From: an uncultured Clostridia bacterium
Lineage (GTDB): Bacteria > Bacillota > Clostridia > Oscillospirales > Oscillospiraceae
Direction: 5' to 3'
Assembly: GCA_947164825.1 (NCBI GenBank)
Contig: CAMUYE010000001.1
Coordinates: 1 to 60,812 of the forward strand
DNA: 60,812 nt
Made by a program: the position numbers and the translations under genes
Shown here: piece after piece, positions 26,150 to 35,852 of the stretch
Numbering within the stretch: the stretch's first letter is position 1
How the letters are laid out: each line of letters begins with the position of its first letter
The notes under the pieces: generated by a model
Told to the model about the DNA's origin: nothing
The model's database searches: none
The model's input: the letters and a program-made list of their open reading frames with translations, nothing else

Positions 26150-27265
26150 CTACTTCTGCCCTGCTTCGGCGGCCTGCTCGGCGCGCTTTTGCTCCTCCAT
26201 CACCTTGCCAAGCTCGGCCTGGCGTTCGGGGGAGTCATACAGATGGCAGGCGCAGTAGTGCTCGGGCTCCACCTCGATGAAGTCGGGCGCACAGTACTTG
26301 CAGACCTCCATGCACTCGCGGCAGCGGGTGTGGAACTTACAGCCGCTGGGCGGGTTGGCGGGAGAGGGAATGCTGCCTTCCAGGATGATCCGGTTCATCT
26401 TGTAGTCGGGATCCGGCACGGGAATGGCGGAGAACAGGGCCTTGGTATAGGGATGGAGGGGCTTGGAGAAGAGCTTGTCGGTCTCCGCGTACTCCACCAG
26501 GTTGCCCAGGTACATGACGCCGACGGTGTCGGAGATGTGCTCGACCACGGACAGGTCGTGGGAGATGAACAGGTAGGTCAGGCCGAACTGCTTCTGCAGA
26601 TCCCGCAGCAGGTTGATGATCTGGGCCTGAATGGACACGTCCAGAGCGGAAACGGGCTCGTCGCAGAGGATGAAGTCCGGGTTCAGGGCCAGGGCGCGGG
26701 CGATGCAGATACGCTGGCGCTGGCCGCCGGAGAACTCATGGGGATAGCGGTCCTTGTGGTACTCCGCCAGGCCGCAGGCCTCCATGACGCGGGTGATGTA
26801 GTCGTCGTACTCTTCCTTGGGCACGATGTTGTGCTCCCGGACCGCTTCGCCAATGATCTCACCCACGGGGATTCTGGGAGACAGGGAGGAATAGGGATCC
26901 TGGAAGATGATCTGGATGTCGGGGCGGGCGTGGCGCAGCTCACGCTTGGAGAGCTTGAACACGTCCTTGCCGTTGAAGAAGACCTCGCCCTCCGTCTTAT
27001 CGATCAGACGGAGAATGGTACGGCCGATGGTGGACTTGCCGCAGCCGGACTCGCCCACGAGGCCCATGGTGGTGCCCTTCTTGATGACGAAGGAGACGCC
27101 GTCCACGGCCTTGACGTTGCCGACGGTCAATTTGAAGAAGCTGGACTTGATGGGGAAATACTTCTTCAGGTTCTTTACCACCACGAGGTTTTCGGGATTT
27201 TTCTCCGCGTCCTTAAAGAGATCCGCAGAATAGGCGTCATGGGTCTGAATCGTTTTCTCAGCCAT
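26150..27265 (-). CDS. Opp/Dpp-type ABC ATPase (OppF-like) with Cys-rich oligopeptide-transporter C-terminal domain
   Basis: Walker [10 protein letters not shown], signature FSGGQRQR, Walker B FILCDEP. The C-terminus is CKFHTRCRECMEVCKYCAPDF. Confidence 0.9.
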   Translation of the reverse strand: MAEKTIQTHDAYSADLFKDAEKNPENLVVVKNLKKYFPIKSSFFKLTVGNVKAVDGVSFVIKKGTTMGLVGESGCGKSTIGRTILRLIDKTEGEVFFNGKDVFKLSKRELRHARPDIQIIFQDPYSSLSPRIPVGEIIGEAVREHNIVPKEEYDDYITRVMEACGLAEYHKDRYPHEFSGGQRQRICIARALALNPDFILCDEPVSALDVSIQAQIINLLRDLQKQFGLTYLFISHDLSVVEHISDTVGVMYLGNLVEYAETDKLFSKPLHPYTKALFSAIPVPDPDYKMNRIILEGSIPSPANPPSGCKFHTRCRECMEVCKYCAPDFIEVEPEHYCACHLYDSPERQAELGKVMEEQKRAEQAAEAGQK

Positions 27266-28535
27266 TGTTCATGCCCTCCCCTTCCTGATTTTTCGGTTTC
27301 AGCAGCTCTTCCACGTCCACGGTCTTGGGGTAGCCCAGGATCTCGCCGGTCTCATAGTAGCGGTAGCAGGAGACCACGTGGGTGTCGCTGATCCGGATCT
27401 CGGGAGGATACTTGCCGGAGCAGTGCTCGCAGTGCATCTCGCAGCGATCGCGGAAATAGCAGTAGTTGGGCATATCCACGGGGTTGGGGACGGAGCCGGG
27501 GATGTTGTAGAGCTCGTCCACCTTCTTGCCGACCACAGGCTTGGATTTCATCAGGCCGATGGTGTAGGGGTGCGCGGGATGGTGGAAGATGTCGTCGGCG
27601 GTGCCCTTCTCGATGACGCGGCCGGCGTACATGACCACAACATAGTCCGCCATGCCCGCCACGACGCCCAGGTCGTGGGTGATGAGCATGATGGAGGAGT
27701 TGATCTTGTCCTTCAGATTCTGGAGCAGGTCCAGGATCTGGGCCTGAATGGTCACGTCCAGAGCGGTGGTGGGCTCGTCGGCGATGATCAGACCGGGACG
27801 GCAGGCCAGAGCGATGGCGATGCAGACACGCTGCCGCATACCGCCGGACAGCTCGTGGGGGTACATCTGATAGACGCCTTCCTTGTTGGCGATGCCGACC
27901 AGCTCCAGCATTTCCAGGGTGCGGGCCTTGACCTCTTCCTCGGTCATGTCGGGGTTGTGGAGCTCAATGACCTCGTTGACCTGACGGCCGATGCGGAACA
28001 CCGGGTTCAGGGCGGTCATGGGCTCCTGGAAGATCATGGAGATGTAGTTGCCGCGGAGCTCCTGCATCTTGTCGATGGGCGTGTTGACAATGTTCAGCGC
28101 GGTGCCGTCGCCCATGTTCAGGCGAATCTCGCCGCCCACGGTCTGGCCCGCGGGCCGCTGGAGCAGCTGCATCAGGGACAGGGAGGTGACGGACTTGCCG
28201 CAGCCGGACTCGCCCACGACGCCGACAGTGGAGCACTTGGGAACGTCGAAGCTGATGCCGTCGACGGCCTTGACCGTGCCCACGTCGGAGAAGAAGTAGG
28301 TGCACATGTTGTCGAACTCGACCACGTTGTTGGGATCCCGCATTTTCGTGGTGTAAGCGGCGGGGTTCCTGCCGGCCTGCTCGCGGTCCCTCTCGAGCTT
28401 CTTGGTGATCTTGCGGTTGAACTTGGTGATGCGGCGGGAATCCTTGGCGGAGATATAGGAAGTCTTTTTCTTCTTGTTCTCCTTCTCCTCGGGCTCGCCG
28501 ACAGAGGTTTTCTTCAGTTCTTCTTTGTCAGACAT
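27258..28535 (-). CDS. Opp/Dpp-type ABC ATPase (OppD-like) with ~85-aa Lys-rich N-terminal extension
   Basis: Trimmed to ATG 28533-28535 (AAGGAGG upstream). Walker A GESGCGKS, signature LSGGMRQR, Walker B LIIADEP. Confidence 0.88.
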   Translation of the reverse strand: MSDKEELKKTSVGEPEEKENKKKKTSYISAKDSRRITKFNRKITKKLERDREQAGRNPAAYTTKMRDPNNVVEFDNMCTYFFSDVGTVKAVDGISFDVPKCSTVGVVGESGCGKSVTSLSLMQLLQRPAGQTVGGEIRLNMGDGTALNIVNTPIDKMQELRGNYISMIFQEPMTALNPVFRIGRQVNEVIELHNPDMTEEEVKARTLEMLELVGIANKEGVYQMYPHELSGGMRQRVCIAIALACRPGLIIADEPTTALDVTIQAQILDLLQNLKDKINSSIMLITHDLGVVAGMADYVVVMYAGRVIEKGTADDIFHHPAHPYTIGLMKSKPVVGKKVDELYNIPGSVPNPVDMPNYCYFRDRCEMHCEHCSGKYPPEIRISDTHVVSCYRYYETGEILGYPKTVDVEELLKPKNQEGEGMNNG

Positions 28536-28548
28536 TTCAAAAACCTCC

Positions 28549-30795
28549 TTATCTCTTGCCCTTCGGGTCGAAGGCGTCACGCAGACCGTCGCCCACGAAG
28601 TTGAAGGCGATAACGGTGAAGCAGATCAGCAGACCCACAGGGATCCAGATGTAGGCGTACTGCTCCATGGCAGCCGCGCTGGACACGGAGTTGATCATCG
28701 AGCCCCAGGTAGCCAGGGGGTGCTTGACGCCCAGACCCAGGAAGGACAGGGTGGACTCGGAAAGGATGGTGGAGCCCAGACCCATGGTGGCGGAGACGAT
28801 CAGCTGCGGCATGACGTTGGGAACCAGATGCCGGAAGATCCGGCGGGAGGTCGGAAGACCGGTGGCCTCGGCGGCAGTCATGAACTCCTGTTCACGCAGG
28901 GACAGGATCTGGCCGCGGACCAGACGGGCGACGCCGGCCCAGCCCATGATGCCCATGGCGGCCATCAGAACGAAGAGTCGGACAATCACGTCCATGCGGC
29001 TGGCGTCCATCATGGCGCCGACGATGATCATGATCGGCATGAAGGGCAGGCAGTAGAAAATATCGACCAAACGCATGATGATATTGTCTACCCAGCCGCC
29101 GAAGAAGCCGGCCAGGCCGCCCATGATGATGCCGAGGAAGCACTCCAGGAAGACAACAACAAAGCCGACCATCAGGGAGATCCGGCCGCCGTACATGATA
29201 CGGGCCAGAACGTCGAAGCCGTCGCCGTCGGTGCCCATGACGTGGGCCGAGGAGGGAGGCGCAAACTTGTCGATGAGGTGGCGGCGCTGGGTGGCTTCCA
29301 CCACGTATTCGCTCTCGGTGCGGCGGTTGACCGTCATCTGGGAGTTGGCGTACTTGAGCTTGCCCTCTTCGTCGTAGGCGTTTCTGCCGTAGTCGTCCTG
29401 CTCGGGAATCTGGAACTCCATCTTCTCGGAGCTGGCCTTGGTGGCCATCATATCCAGGACGGTATCACGAATGGCATGCTTCAGATCCAGGTCCATGGTG
29501 TCGTCGCCGTTGTAGCGGCGGACCACCAGGGTGTTCAGCTCGGCATAGGGGGTGCCGTCCTCCTTGGAGATGACGAACACGCCCTCACGCTCTGCGGAGG
29601 GGGCCACGGTGAACTTCGCGTTGACGAAGTCCGCACCCTCGGGGATCTCCTCGCCTTCGCCCTCGCCGGTAGCTGCAGGCTCGGTTTCGGCAGGCTCGGT
29701 GTCGGCGGGCTCGTCCTCACCCACAGGGTTCACGTCCTCGTGGACGGACTCCTGAGCGGCACGGGCCTTATCGGCGAGCTGCTTCTGGAAGGCGTCGGTA
29801 TTGACAATGGCTTCGGCCTCAAAGCTGCCCTCGCCGTAGACGGCGTTCAGCGCGCCCAGCTTGAAGGAATCGCTCAGAGGCAGAGAGGTAACGCAGGTGT
29901 CAAAGCCGTACTGGGTGTAGATCCGGAAGGTCGCGGCGTCAGCCAGGCTGTAGACTTCGAAGCTGTCCTTCTCGGGGGAGATGACGGCGTACTTAGCACC
30001 GTTGATCTCCACGCTCTCGCCGACGTTGGCAGCCTGCACGGCGGCCTCGAAGTCAGCGCCCAGGTTCTGGCCGATGAAACGGAAGTTCTCCTCGGGCTCG
30101 GTGAAGATCACGAAGGTCTTCTTGGCAGAGCCGGGCTCAAAGGTATAGGTTCTTCCCTCGAACTCGAAGCTGCCGCCCTTGCCCTTGCAGTTTTCCTTCG
30201 CGGCCTGCAGGAAGGCATCGCCCAGGTCCTCGTCTTCGTAGTCGATGGCCTTTTTCACGCCGTCATAGGTGCCGATCTCCACAAGACCCGCGCCGAAGGC
30301 AGCGACCTTGGTGGGAGTCGCCTGGGCCAGGGTATAGATGCTCTCGCCTTCCTTGTTGAGGATGTAGAGCTTGTTGTCGGAACCCATAAAGACCAGATTG
30401 GTCTGGCCGTTCTTTGCCATGGCGTTGATGTTGGAGTTGGTCTTCGCCACAGCGTTGCGGTTGGCGGTGACGTTCTCATCGAGGACGTAGCCGGTGTACT
30501 CGGTGCGCTGCTGCACGAAGGCGTAGGAGGAGACCATGGTATCGTACTTATAGATGGTCTCCGACTGGCCGTAGGAGTAGAAGATCGGGCCGATGAAGCA
30601 GAAGATGAACATGATCGCCAGGGTCACGGTGCCGAAGATGGCCAGACGGTTGCGCATGAAGCGCTTCATGACCTGACGCATGGGAGACAGGACCTTGACA
30701 CGGGCAGTATCGCCCAGATCCATCTCCTTCTTTTCGTCCTTCTTTTGGAGGGCGGCGCGCTGCTTCAGAATCTCATTCAGATTATAGGATGCCAT
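28549..30795 (-). CDS. Opp/Dpp-type ABC permease (OppC-like) with ~445-aa extracytoplasmic domain after TM1
   Basis: 748 aa. TM1 is LAIFGTVTLAIMFIFCFIGPIF and the canonical core starts at MGTDGDGFDVLARIMYGGRISL (aa ~520). The ectodomain is encoded by about 29239-30579. Confidence 0.85.
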   Translation of the reverse strand: MASYNLNEILKQRAALQKKDEKKEMDLGDTARVKVLSPMRQVMKRFMRNRLAIFGTVTLAIMFIFCFIGPIFYSYGQSETIYKYDTMVSSYAFVQQRTEYTGYVLDENVTANRNAVAKTNSNINAMAKNGQTNLVFMGSDNKLYILNKEGESIYTLAQATPTKVAAFGAGLVEIGTYDGVKKAIDYEDEDLGDAFLQAAKENCKGKGGSFEFEGRTYTFEPGSAKKTFVIFTEPEENFRFIGQNLGADFEAAVQAANVGESVEINGAKYAVISPEKDSFEVYSLADAATFRIYTQYGFDTCVTSLPLSDSFKLGALNAVYGEGSFEAEAIVNTDAFQKQLADKARAAQESVHEDVNPVGEDEPADTEPAETEPAATGEGEGEEIPEGADFVNAKFTVAPSAEREGVFVISKEDGTPYAELNTLVVRRYNGDDTMDLDLKHAIRDTVLDMMATKASSEKMEFQIPEQDDYGRNAYDEEGKLKYANSQMTVNRRTESEYVVEATQRRHLIDKFAPPSSAHVMGTDGDGFDVLARIMYGGRISLMVGFVVVFLECFLGIIMGGLAGFFGGWVDNIIMRLVDIFYCLPFMPIMIIVGAMMDASRMDVIVRLFVLMAAMGIMGWAGVARLVRGQILSLREQEFMTAAEATGLPTSRRIFRHLVPNVMPQLIVSATMGLGSTILSESTLSFLGLGVKHPLATWGSMINSVSSAAAMEQYAYIWIPVGLLICFTVIAFNFVGDGLRDAFDPKGKR

Positions 30796-30807
30796 GCGCG
30801 CACCTCC

Positions 30808-31800
30808 TTAGGACAGACGGACGCGGGGGTCGGCTGCGGCGTACAGCAGGTCCGCCAACAGGTTGCCCAACAACGTCAGGATGGAGATAAACATCAGATA
30901 GAACATGGTGAAGGGAATGTCGCCCACGACCATGGACTGATAGGAGGCCTGGCCGATACCGGTGAGGCCGAAGAGCTGCTCGGTGATGATGGCGCCGGAG
31001 AAGAGGCTCACCAGAGAGCCGCCCAGAATGGTGATCAGGGGGATCAGAGTGTTGCGGAAAGCGTGGGAATAGATAACCTTGCGCTCCGGCACACCCTTGG
31101 CCCGGGCCGTGCGGATATAGTCGGAGGACAGAACCTCCAGCATGTTGGTACGCGTATAACGCATCAGACCGCCGATGGAGATGATCGTGATGGTAATGAC
31201 AGGCAAAACGTAGTGTTTTGCGATGTCCAGGAATTTTCCAAAGTCAGAGAGACTGTCATGAATACGCGGGTCGATCATGCCCGTGAGGTCGAACCACTTC
31301 AGCTTCACGGCGAAGACCAGCTTCAGGACAGTAATCAGGAAGAAGGATGGCATGGAGATACATACCATCGAGAAGACGGTGGCGAAGTAGTCGGCAAAGC
31401 CGTACTGCTTCCGGGCCGCGTGGATGCCGAGGGGGATGGCGATAATAATCTCGAAGAACATGGTGATGACGTTCAGCGCGAAGCTGTACCAGATACGCTC
31501 GGAAAACACCTTCGTACAGGCCTTGTTCCACTTCCAGCTGTCGCCAAAATCCAGTTTCACAGCGCTTTTCAGCCAGGTAAAATAGCCCTTGATAATACCC
31601 TGATCCATGCCGTACTGCCGATTCAGGTCGGCCAGCCACTCGTCGGCGCTCTTGGTGGCGCCGGGTTTGGTGGCAAGCTCCATGGCCTTGGTCTGCACAT
31701 AGTTGCCGGGCATCACGTACATCAGCGTGTAGATGATGAACATGACGAAGAGCAGGATGATCGCGCTGTAAAGCAAACGCTTGACGGAATACTTCAGCAT
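30808..31800 (-). CDS. Opp/Dpp-type ABC permease (OppB-like), ordinary size
   Basis: 330 aa. MLKYSVKRLLYSAIILLFVMFIIYTLMYVMPGN...SDYIRTARAKGVPERKVIYSHAFRNTLIPLIT. Confidence 0.9.
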   Translation of the reverse strand: MLKYSVKRLLYSAIILLFVMFIIYTLMYVMPGNYVQTKAMELATKPGATKSADEWLADLNRQYGMDQGIIKGYFTWLKSAVKLDFGDSWKWNKACTKVFSERIWYSFALNVITMFFEIIIAIPLGIHAARKQYGFADYFATVFSMVCISMPSFFLITVLKLVFAVKLKWFDLTGMIDPRIHDSLSDFGKFLDIAKHYVLPVITITIISIGGLMRYTRTNMLEVLSSDYIRTARAKGVPERKVIYSHAFRNTLIPLITILGGSLVSLFSGAIITEQLFGLTGIGQASYQSMVVGDIPFTMFYLMFISILTLLGNLLADLLYAAADPRVRLS

Positions 31801-31833
31801 GAGGGATTCACACTCTCTTTCATTTGTTTACAG

Positions 31834-31873
31834 CTTAGAAAAGCGCCGATCAGGTTTCACGCGGATCGGCGCT
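31834..31873 (-). terminator. intrinsic terminator/attenuator between the binding-protein gene and the permease genes of operon 2
   Basis: Minus strand: AGCGCCGATC-12 nt-GATCGGCGCT followed by TTTTCT. Two more hairpins lie at 31891-31915 and 31931-31948. Confidence 0.65.
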
Positions 31874-31959
31874 TCTCTATTGGACAGGACAGAGGGGGCG
31901 TATTGCAGCCCCCTCCGGCCTTTGTTTTGTGTGCTGCGTATCAAACGCAGAAATGGAAC

Positions 31960-34338
31960 TTAGTTGAGCTCGATCTTCTCGATCTCGTCGGCCCAGCCGT
32001 AGAACGGGGTCATGTCAGCGGGCAGGGTGTTGACGTTCACGCGCTCGGTGGAGAACACGGTGGCGTCCTTTCTCTGGTACAGAGGCAGCTCAACGCCCCA
32101 GGAGAGGATGATCTCAAGGGCTTCCTTGTAAGCGGACTTACGATAGGTGTTGTCAGCAGAGGAACGAGCGTCCATGATGATCTCATCAAGTTCGGCGTCC
32201 TTGATCTGATAGTGGTTGGAGTTGGTGCCCTTGCCGTCAGCATTGGAGCTGTGGTAGACCTGGTACATGTCGGGGTCAGCGGAGGACTGCCAGGCAGCGG
32301 CCCACATATCAGCAGTGTTGGCATTCAGCTGGGCATTCCAGACAGAGGTGCCGACGTCGTTGATGCGGATGACGTAGCCGATGTTGCCCAGGAGCTCCTT
32401 CGCCTTGACGGCGATGCCGTAGGCGGGGTGATCCTGCTGGCCCTGGCCGGGGATCATGATCTCGTAGGAGTCCTCTTCGCTCATGCCCTTGGCGCCCTGA
32501 GGAGCTTTGGTGACCTTGCCGTTCTCGACGGTGAAGCCAGCGGCCTCGAGGTAAGCCAGAGCAGCCTGCGTAGCGGCCTCGTACTTATCCTCTTCGCTCA
32601 TGTCGTCGGTGTAGATGGGGTTGCCGTCCACGCCGATGGAGTAAGCGTTGTGGTAGCCCTCGTCGGTGGGACGGGGAGCAGCCCAGGAGGTGTTGGAGAT
32701 GGGGTACTGGATGACAGCGGCGCGGTCGCCGTAGTAGGAGGCGATAACGGTGTCACGGCAGACGGACAGGACGGTCATGATGGCCAGACGGAGGTACTTG
32801 GACTCCTGGCTGGAGCCGTCTTCGCCGACAGCGACGCGGTTGCCGTTGATGCCCAGGTAGCCGTAGCCACGGTAGTCAACCAGCTTGGTGGTGAGGACGT
32901 CGCCCTCGAGCTCGCCGTTGGAGTTGCCCTTCTTGATGGACTCCACGACAGTGTCGTTCAGAGAGGGAGAAGCGATGTCGAAGTTGCCGGCCTGGATGCC
33001 GGGGATGTAGTCGGAGTCAACGGATTCCTGATACTTGACGTACTTGACCTTGGGCTCGCCCTTGAAGTAGTTGGGGTTGGCCTCGAGGGAAGCAACGCTG
33101 TTGGCATAGCCCTGATAGATGTAGGGACCGCAGCCCATGGGGTTGGTGGTCTTTTCCTTCACGATGCGAAGGTCGCCCTTGGGGAAGCCGAAGGAGTTGT
33201 TGTCGTAGTCATACAGGGAGGCGTCGCCGTAGTAGTGCATGGGGGCAACAGGGAAGCCCATGCTGTAGATGGCGGTGGCGTCGAACTTGGTGCAGTGGAT
33301 GCGCATGCTGTAATCACCGGTCTTGATGACGCCGGAGATGTTGGCAGCGCCGGCACCGGTGGAGACGCCGGCCTGGTAGTCGGGACCCAGAGCGTTCTTG
33401 GTCAGGCCAACACGGTCGGAGCCGGCAGACTCAGTGGCCTCAGCTTCTTCGACGGTGTCGTAGGCAGCCACGATGGCTTCCCAGAAGGCCTGGTAGTCGG
33501 CGTCCTCGGCCAGCTCAAAGCCCCAGTTGGCAGCGCAGGCGGCGACGGAGTCGTCGGGAGCGTTGTAGCCGTTGCTGATGCAGTAGTCGCAGATTTCCTT
33601 GGCGAAATCAGCGCCGGCGTTCTCGTTGTAGTAGGTCCAGAACTCGTCGTACTGTTCCTTGGTGTAAAGCTCGGTCTCGGTGTAGCCGTCGGGGCCGGCA
33701 GCGAAGATGACGTCGCCGCGGGCTTCCATGCCGGAGCGGTACTCTTCCATACCCTCGATGGGCAGGGAGTAGATGGTGGAGGAGCCGTCGTAGGTGGGAT
33801 CGGCCATGACGTAGATGCCGAAGATCACGTCGTCAATGGTGGCGGGGGTGCCGTCGGAGAACTTGACATCGTCGCGCATGGTCAGGTCGTAGTCGACAGT
33901 GCCATCGTCATTCTGGGTGATCACGCAGTTGCCCAGAGTGTAGTAGGTGTAGTCCACGCCGTTGTAGGCACGGGTCTCACCCTCAATGGCATTGAGGAGC
34001 ATGTTGCCCTCGCGGTCGCTGCTCAGCAGGTAGCCGGTGACGAGGTTGGCAATGTCTCCGTCGTAAACGGTGGTGTAGAAGAAGGGGCTGAACTTCTGCT
34101 CCATGGAGCTGGTAGCAATGACCATGGTGTCGTTCTTGGGAGCAGGGGGCTCGGTGGTGTCGACGGGAGTCGTGTCGGCAGTGGTGTCGACAGGCTTGTC
34201 GGTGGCGGGAGTGGTGTCGGTCTTGGTGTCTGCGGGCTTCTCGGTGGTGGTAGTGGGCTCAGAGACACAGCCGGCAAACAGACCGGCAACCATGACCAGA
34301 GCCAGCACCAGAGCCAGAAGCTTGGTGATGTTGCGCAT
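31960..34338 (-). CDS. family-5 (OppA/DppA-like) substrate-binding lipoprotein, 792 aa
   Basis: Lipobox LFAGC, a Thr/Pro-rich linker and a long SBP_bac_5-like core. Paralog of 23284..25566. Confidence 0.85.
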   Translation of the reverse strand: MRNITKLLALVLALVMVAGLFAGCVSEPTTTTEKPADTKTDTTPATDKPVDTTADTTPVDTTEPPAPKNDTMVIATSSMEQKFSPFFYTTVYDGDIANLVTGYLLSSDREGNMLLNAIEGETRAYNGVDYTYYTLGNCVITQNDDGTVDYDLTMRDDVKFSDGTPATIDDVIFGIYVMADPTYDGSSTIYSLPIEGMEEYRSGMEARGDVIFAAGPDGYTETELYTKEQYDEFWTYYNENAGADFAKEICDYCISNGYNAPDDSVAACAANWGFELAEDADYQAFWEAIVAAYDTVEEAEATESAGSDRVGLTKNALGPDYQAGVSTGAGAANISGVIKTGDYSMRIHCTKFDATAIYSMGFPVAPMHYYGDASLYDYDNNSFGFPKGDLRIVKEKTTNPMGCGPYIYQGYANSVASLEANPNYFKGEPKVKYVKYQESVDSDYIPGIQAGNFDIASPSLNDTVVESIKKGNSNGELEGDVLTTKLVDYRGYGYLGINGNRVAVGEDGSSQESKYLRLAIMTVLSVCRDTVIASYYGDRAAVIQYPISNTSWAAPRPTDEGYHNAYSIGVDGNPIYTDDMSEEDKYEAATQAALAYLEAAGFTVENGKVTKAPQGAKGMSEEDSYEIMIPGQGQQDHPAYGIAVKAKELLGNIGYVIRINDVGTSVWNAQLNANTADMWAAAWQSSADPDMYQVYHSSNADGKGTNSNHYQIKDAELDEIIMDARSSADNTYRKSAYKEALEIILSWGVELPLYQRKDATVFSTERVNVNTLPADMTPFYGWADEIEKIELN

Positions 34339-34358
34339 TGAATGTTCCTCCTATAAAA

Positions 34359-34386
34359 ATTTTATATTTATCAGCACGATTGTCAT
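34359..34386 (-). promoter_or_regulatory. candidate promoter of Opp-like operon 2
   Basis: Minus strand: ATGACA (34386-34381), 16 nt, TAAAAT (34364-34359). The block CATGACAATC...ATATAAAATTTT..AGGAGGAA is shared with the leader of operon 1. Confidence 0.4.
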
Positions 34387-34396
34387 GCCGTAAATA

Positions 34397-34936
34397 TCAA
34401 TCTGATACGATCTCCGTCTTCAGCACGCGCCGCAGGCGGAAGATCAGGAAGGTCAGGACGCTCAGGGCCAGCGCGTCCGCCGTGTAGAGGGCCGTGGGAA
34501 GCGTCACGCCGTTGAGGATGAGCTGCACCGCGCAGGCAATCAGCGAAAGCAGGGCGAAGGCGAAAAAGCCGAAGCTGAAGGCGGGCAGCCGGTTGCAGAT
34601 CCGATCCCGCTGCCGGAGGGTCATCTTCTCGGGAGCGGTCCAGAGCCGGGCCACGCCCATTCCCGTCCCGAAGGCCGGGATGACGTTGAACGCCATGGGC
34701 AGGATCAGCCAGCGGCGCTCCCGGTCCATGAGATCCGTGAACCAGAGCTGAACCAAAAGCAGGATCACCGCCGCGGCGGTCAGGATCAGATAAGTCCGCC
34801 TGGCCCGGGCCAGCTCTTCCCGCTCCGCGGTGAAGCTGTGGTAGGCGCCGACGTAACTTGCCGCGGGAGACAGACGCCCCTTGGCTGTGACTTCCGGTGT
34901 GAGCTGGTAGTCTTTGAGATATTTCCGCGACCGCAT
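34397..34936 (-). CDS. hypothetical 4-TM membrane protein (179 aa)
   Basis: Trimmed to ATG 34934-34936 (GAGGAGGGAAGCC upstream). MRSRKYLKDYQLTPEVTAKGRLSPAASYVGAYHSF.... Confidence 0.55.
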   Translation of the reverse strand: MRSRKYLKDYQLTPEVTAKGRLSPAASYVGAYHSFTAEREELARARRTYLILTAAAVILLLVQLWFTDLMDRERRWLILPMAFNVIPAFGTGMGVARLWTAPEKMTLRQRDRICNRLPAFSFGFFAFALLSLIACAVQLILNGVTLPTALYTADALALSVLTFLIFRLRRVLKTEIVSD

Positions 34937-35005
34937 GGCTTCCCTCCTCGGTGCTCCGACGTCGGAAACCCCGCAAACGGACGCACGTCTCCTTATCTGA
35001 CTTAA

Positions 35006-35034
35006 AGAATACCACATTTTCCGGCATTATGCAA
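35006..35034 (-). promoter_or_regulatory. candidate promoter of the 34397..34936 gene
   Basis: Minus strand: TTGCAT (35034-35029), 17-nt spacer ending TGg, TATTCT (35011-35006), within an AT-rich spacer. Confidence 0.45.
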
Positions 35035-35135
35035 TACGAAATTTAACACTTTTTTCACATTTTACAAATTTCGTCTATTTGCTGAAAAATGCAAGTATAA
35101 ATGTGTATATACTGAATAATAAACAGCTTTCCGGT

Positions 35136-35852
35136 CTACAGCTCCCGGAAAACGTCGCCCAGCTTCTCGTGGAGGACCAAATCGGCCTCGCCGTCGAAGG
35201 GAGTCTCGTCCCGGTTGATCAGCACCAGGCGTTTACCCCGGTAGTAGCGGATCATGCCCGCGGCAGGCCAGACCGTCAGGGAGGTGCCTGCCACGATCAG
35301 CAGGTCGGCCTCGGAAATGGCCCGGGCAGCCCGGTACATCACGTCCTGGTCCAGGCTCTCCTCGTAGAGCACCACGTCGGGCTTGACGATCCCGCCGCAG
35401 TCGCAGAGGGGCACGCCCTTGCTGTTTTTGACGAACTCGGCGGAGTAGCTCTTATGGCATCGGACGCAGTAGTTCCGCAGGACGGAGCCGTGGAGCTCCA
35501 GGACGTTTCGGCTGCCGGCCTTCTGATGGAGGCCGTCGATATTCTGGGTAACCACGGCCAGGAGCTTCCCTTCCCGCTCCCAGCGGGCCAGGACCTTGTG
35601 GGTCACGTTGGGCTCGAAGCCCAGGGGCAGCATCTTCTCCTTGTAGAACTCGTAGAACTCCTCGGGCTTCCGCTCAAAGAAGGAGTGGGAGATGATGGTC
35701 TCGGGGGGATACTTGAATTTCTGGTTGTACAGACCGTCCACGCTGCGGAAGTCGGGGATGCCGCTCTCGGTGGAGACCCCGGCGCCGCCGAAGAAGACGA
35801 TCTTTCGGGCCTCATCGACCCAGGTTTTCAGCGTATCTAATTTGGAACTCAT
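35136..35852 (-). CDS. cobB: NAD-dependent protein deacylase, Sir2 family
   Basis: Trimmed to ATG 35850-35852 (GGAGGAGG upstream). GAGVSTESGIPDFRS, QNIDGLH, and zinc ribbon CVRCHKSY...CDCGG. The start lies 41 nt inside the trmD 3' end. Confidence 0.88.
   Translation of the reverse strand: MSSKLDTLKTWVDEARKIVFFGGAGVSTESGIPDFRSVDGLYNQKFKYPPETIISHSFFERKPEEFYEFYKEKMLPLGFEPNVTHKVLARWEREGKLLAVVTQNIDGLHQKAGSRNVLELHGSVLRNYCVRCHKSYSAEFVKNSKGVPLCDCGGIVKPDVVLYEESLDQDVMYRAARAISEADLLIVAGTSLTVWPAAGMIRYYRGKRLVLINRDETPFDGEADLVLHEKLGDVFREL

Noticed and set aside
28474-34341. 1955-aa + strand ORF
   Set aside because: It lies antisense to five well-supported Opp genes. The translation is low-complexity G/A/V/D/L-rich with no motifs. 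This is the typical stop-free antisense frame of a high-GC genome.
35812-35852. trmD/cobB 41-nt overlap as a frameshift or sequencing error
   Set aside because: Both frames are open with proper family sequence up to their ends, and cobB has a strong RBS. An authentic overlap is the simpler reading.
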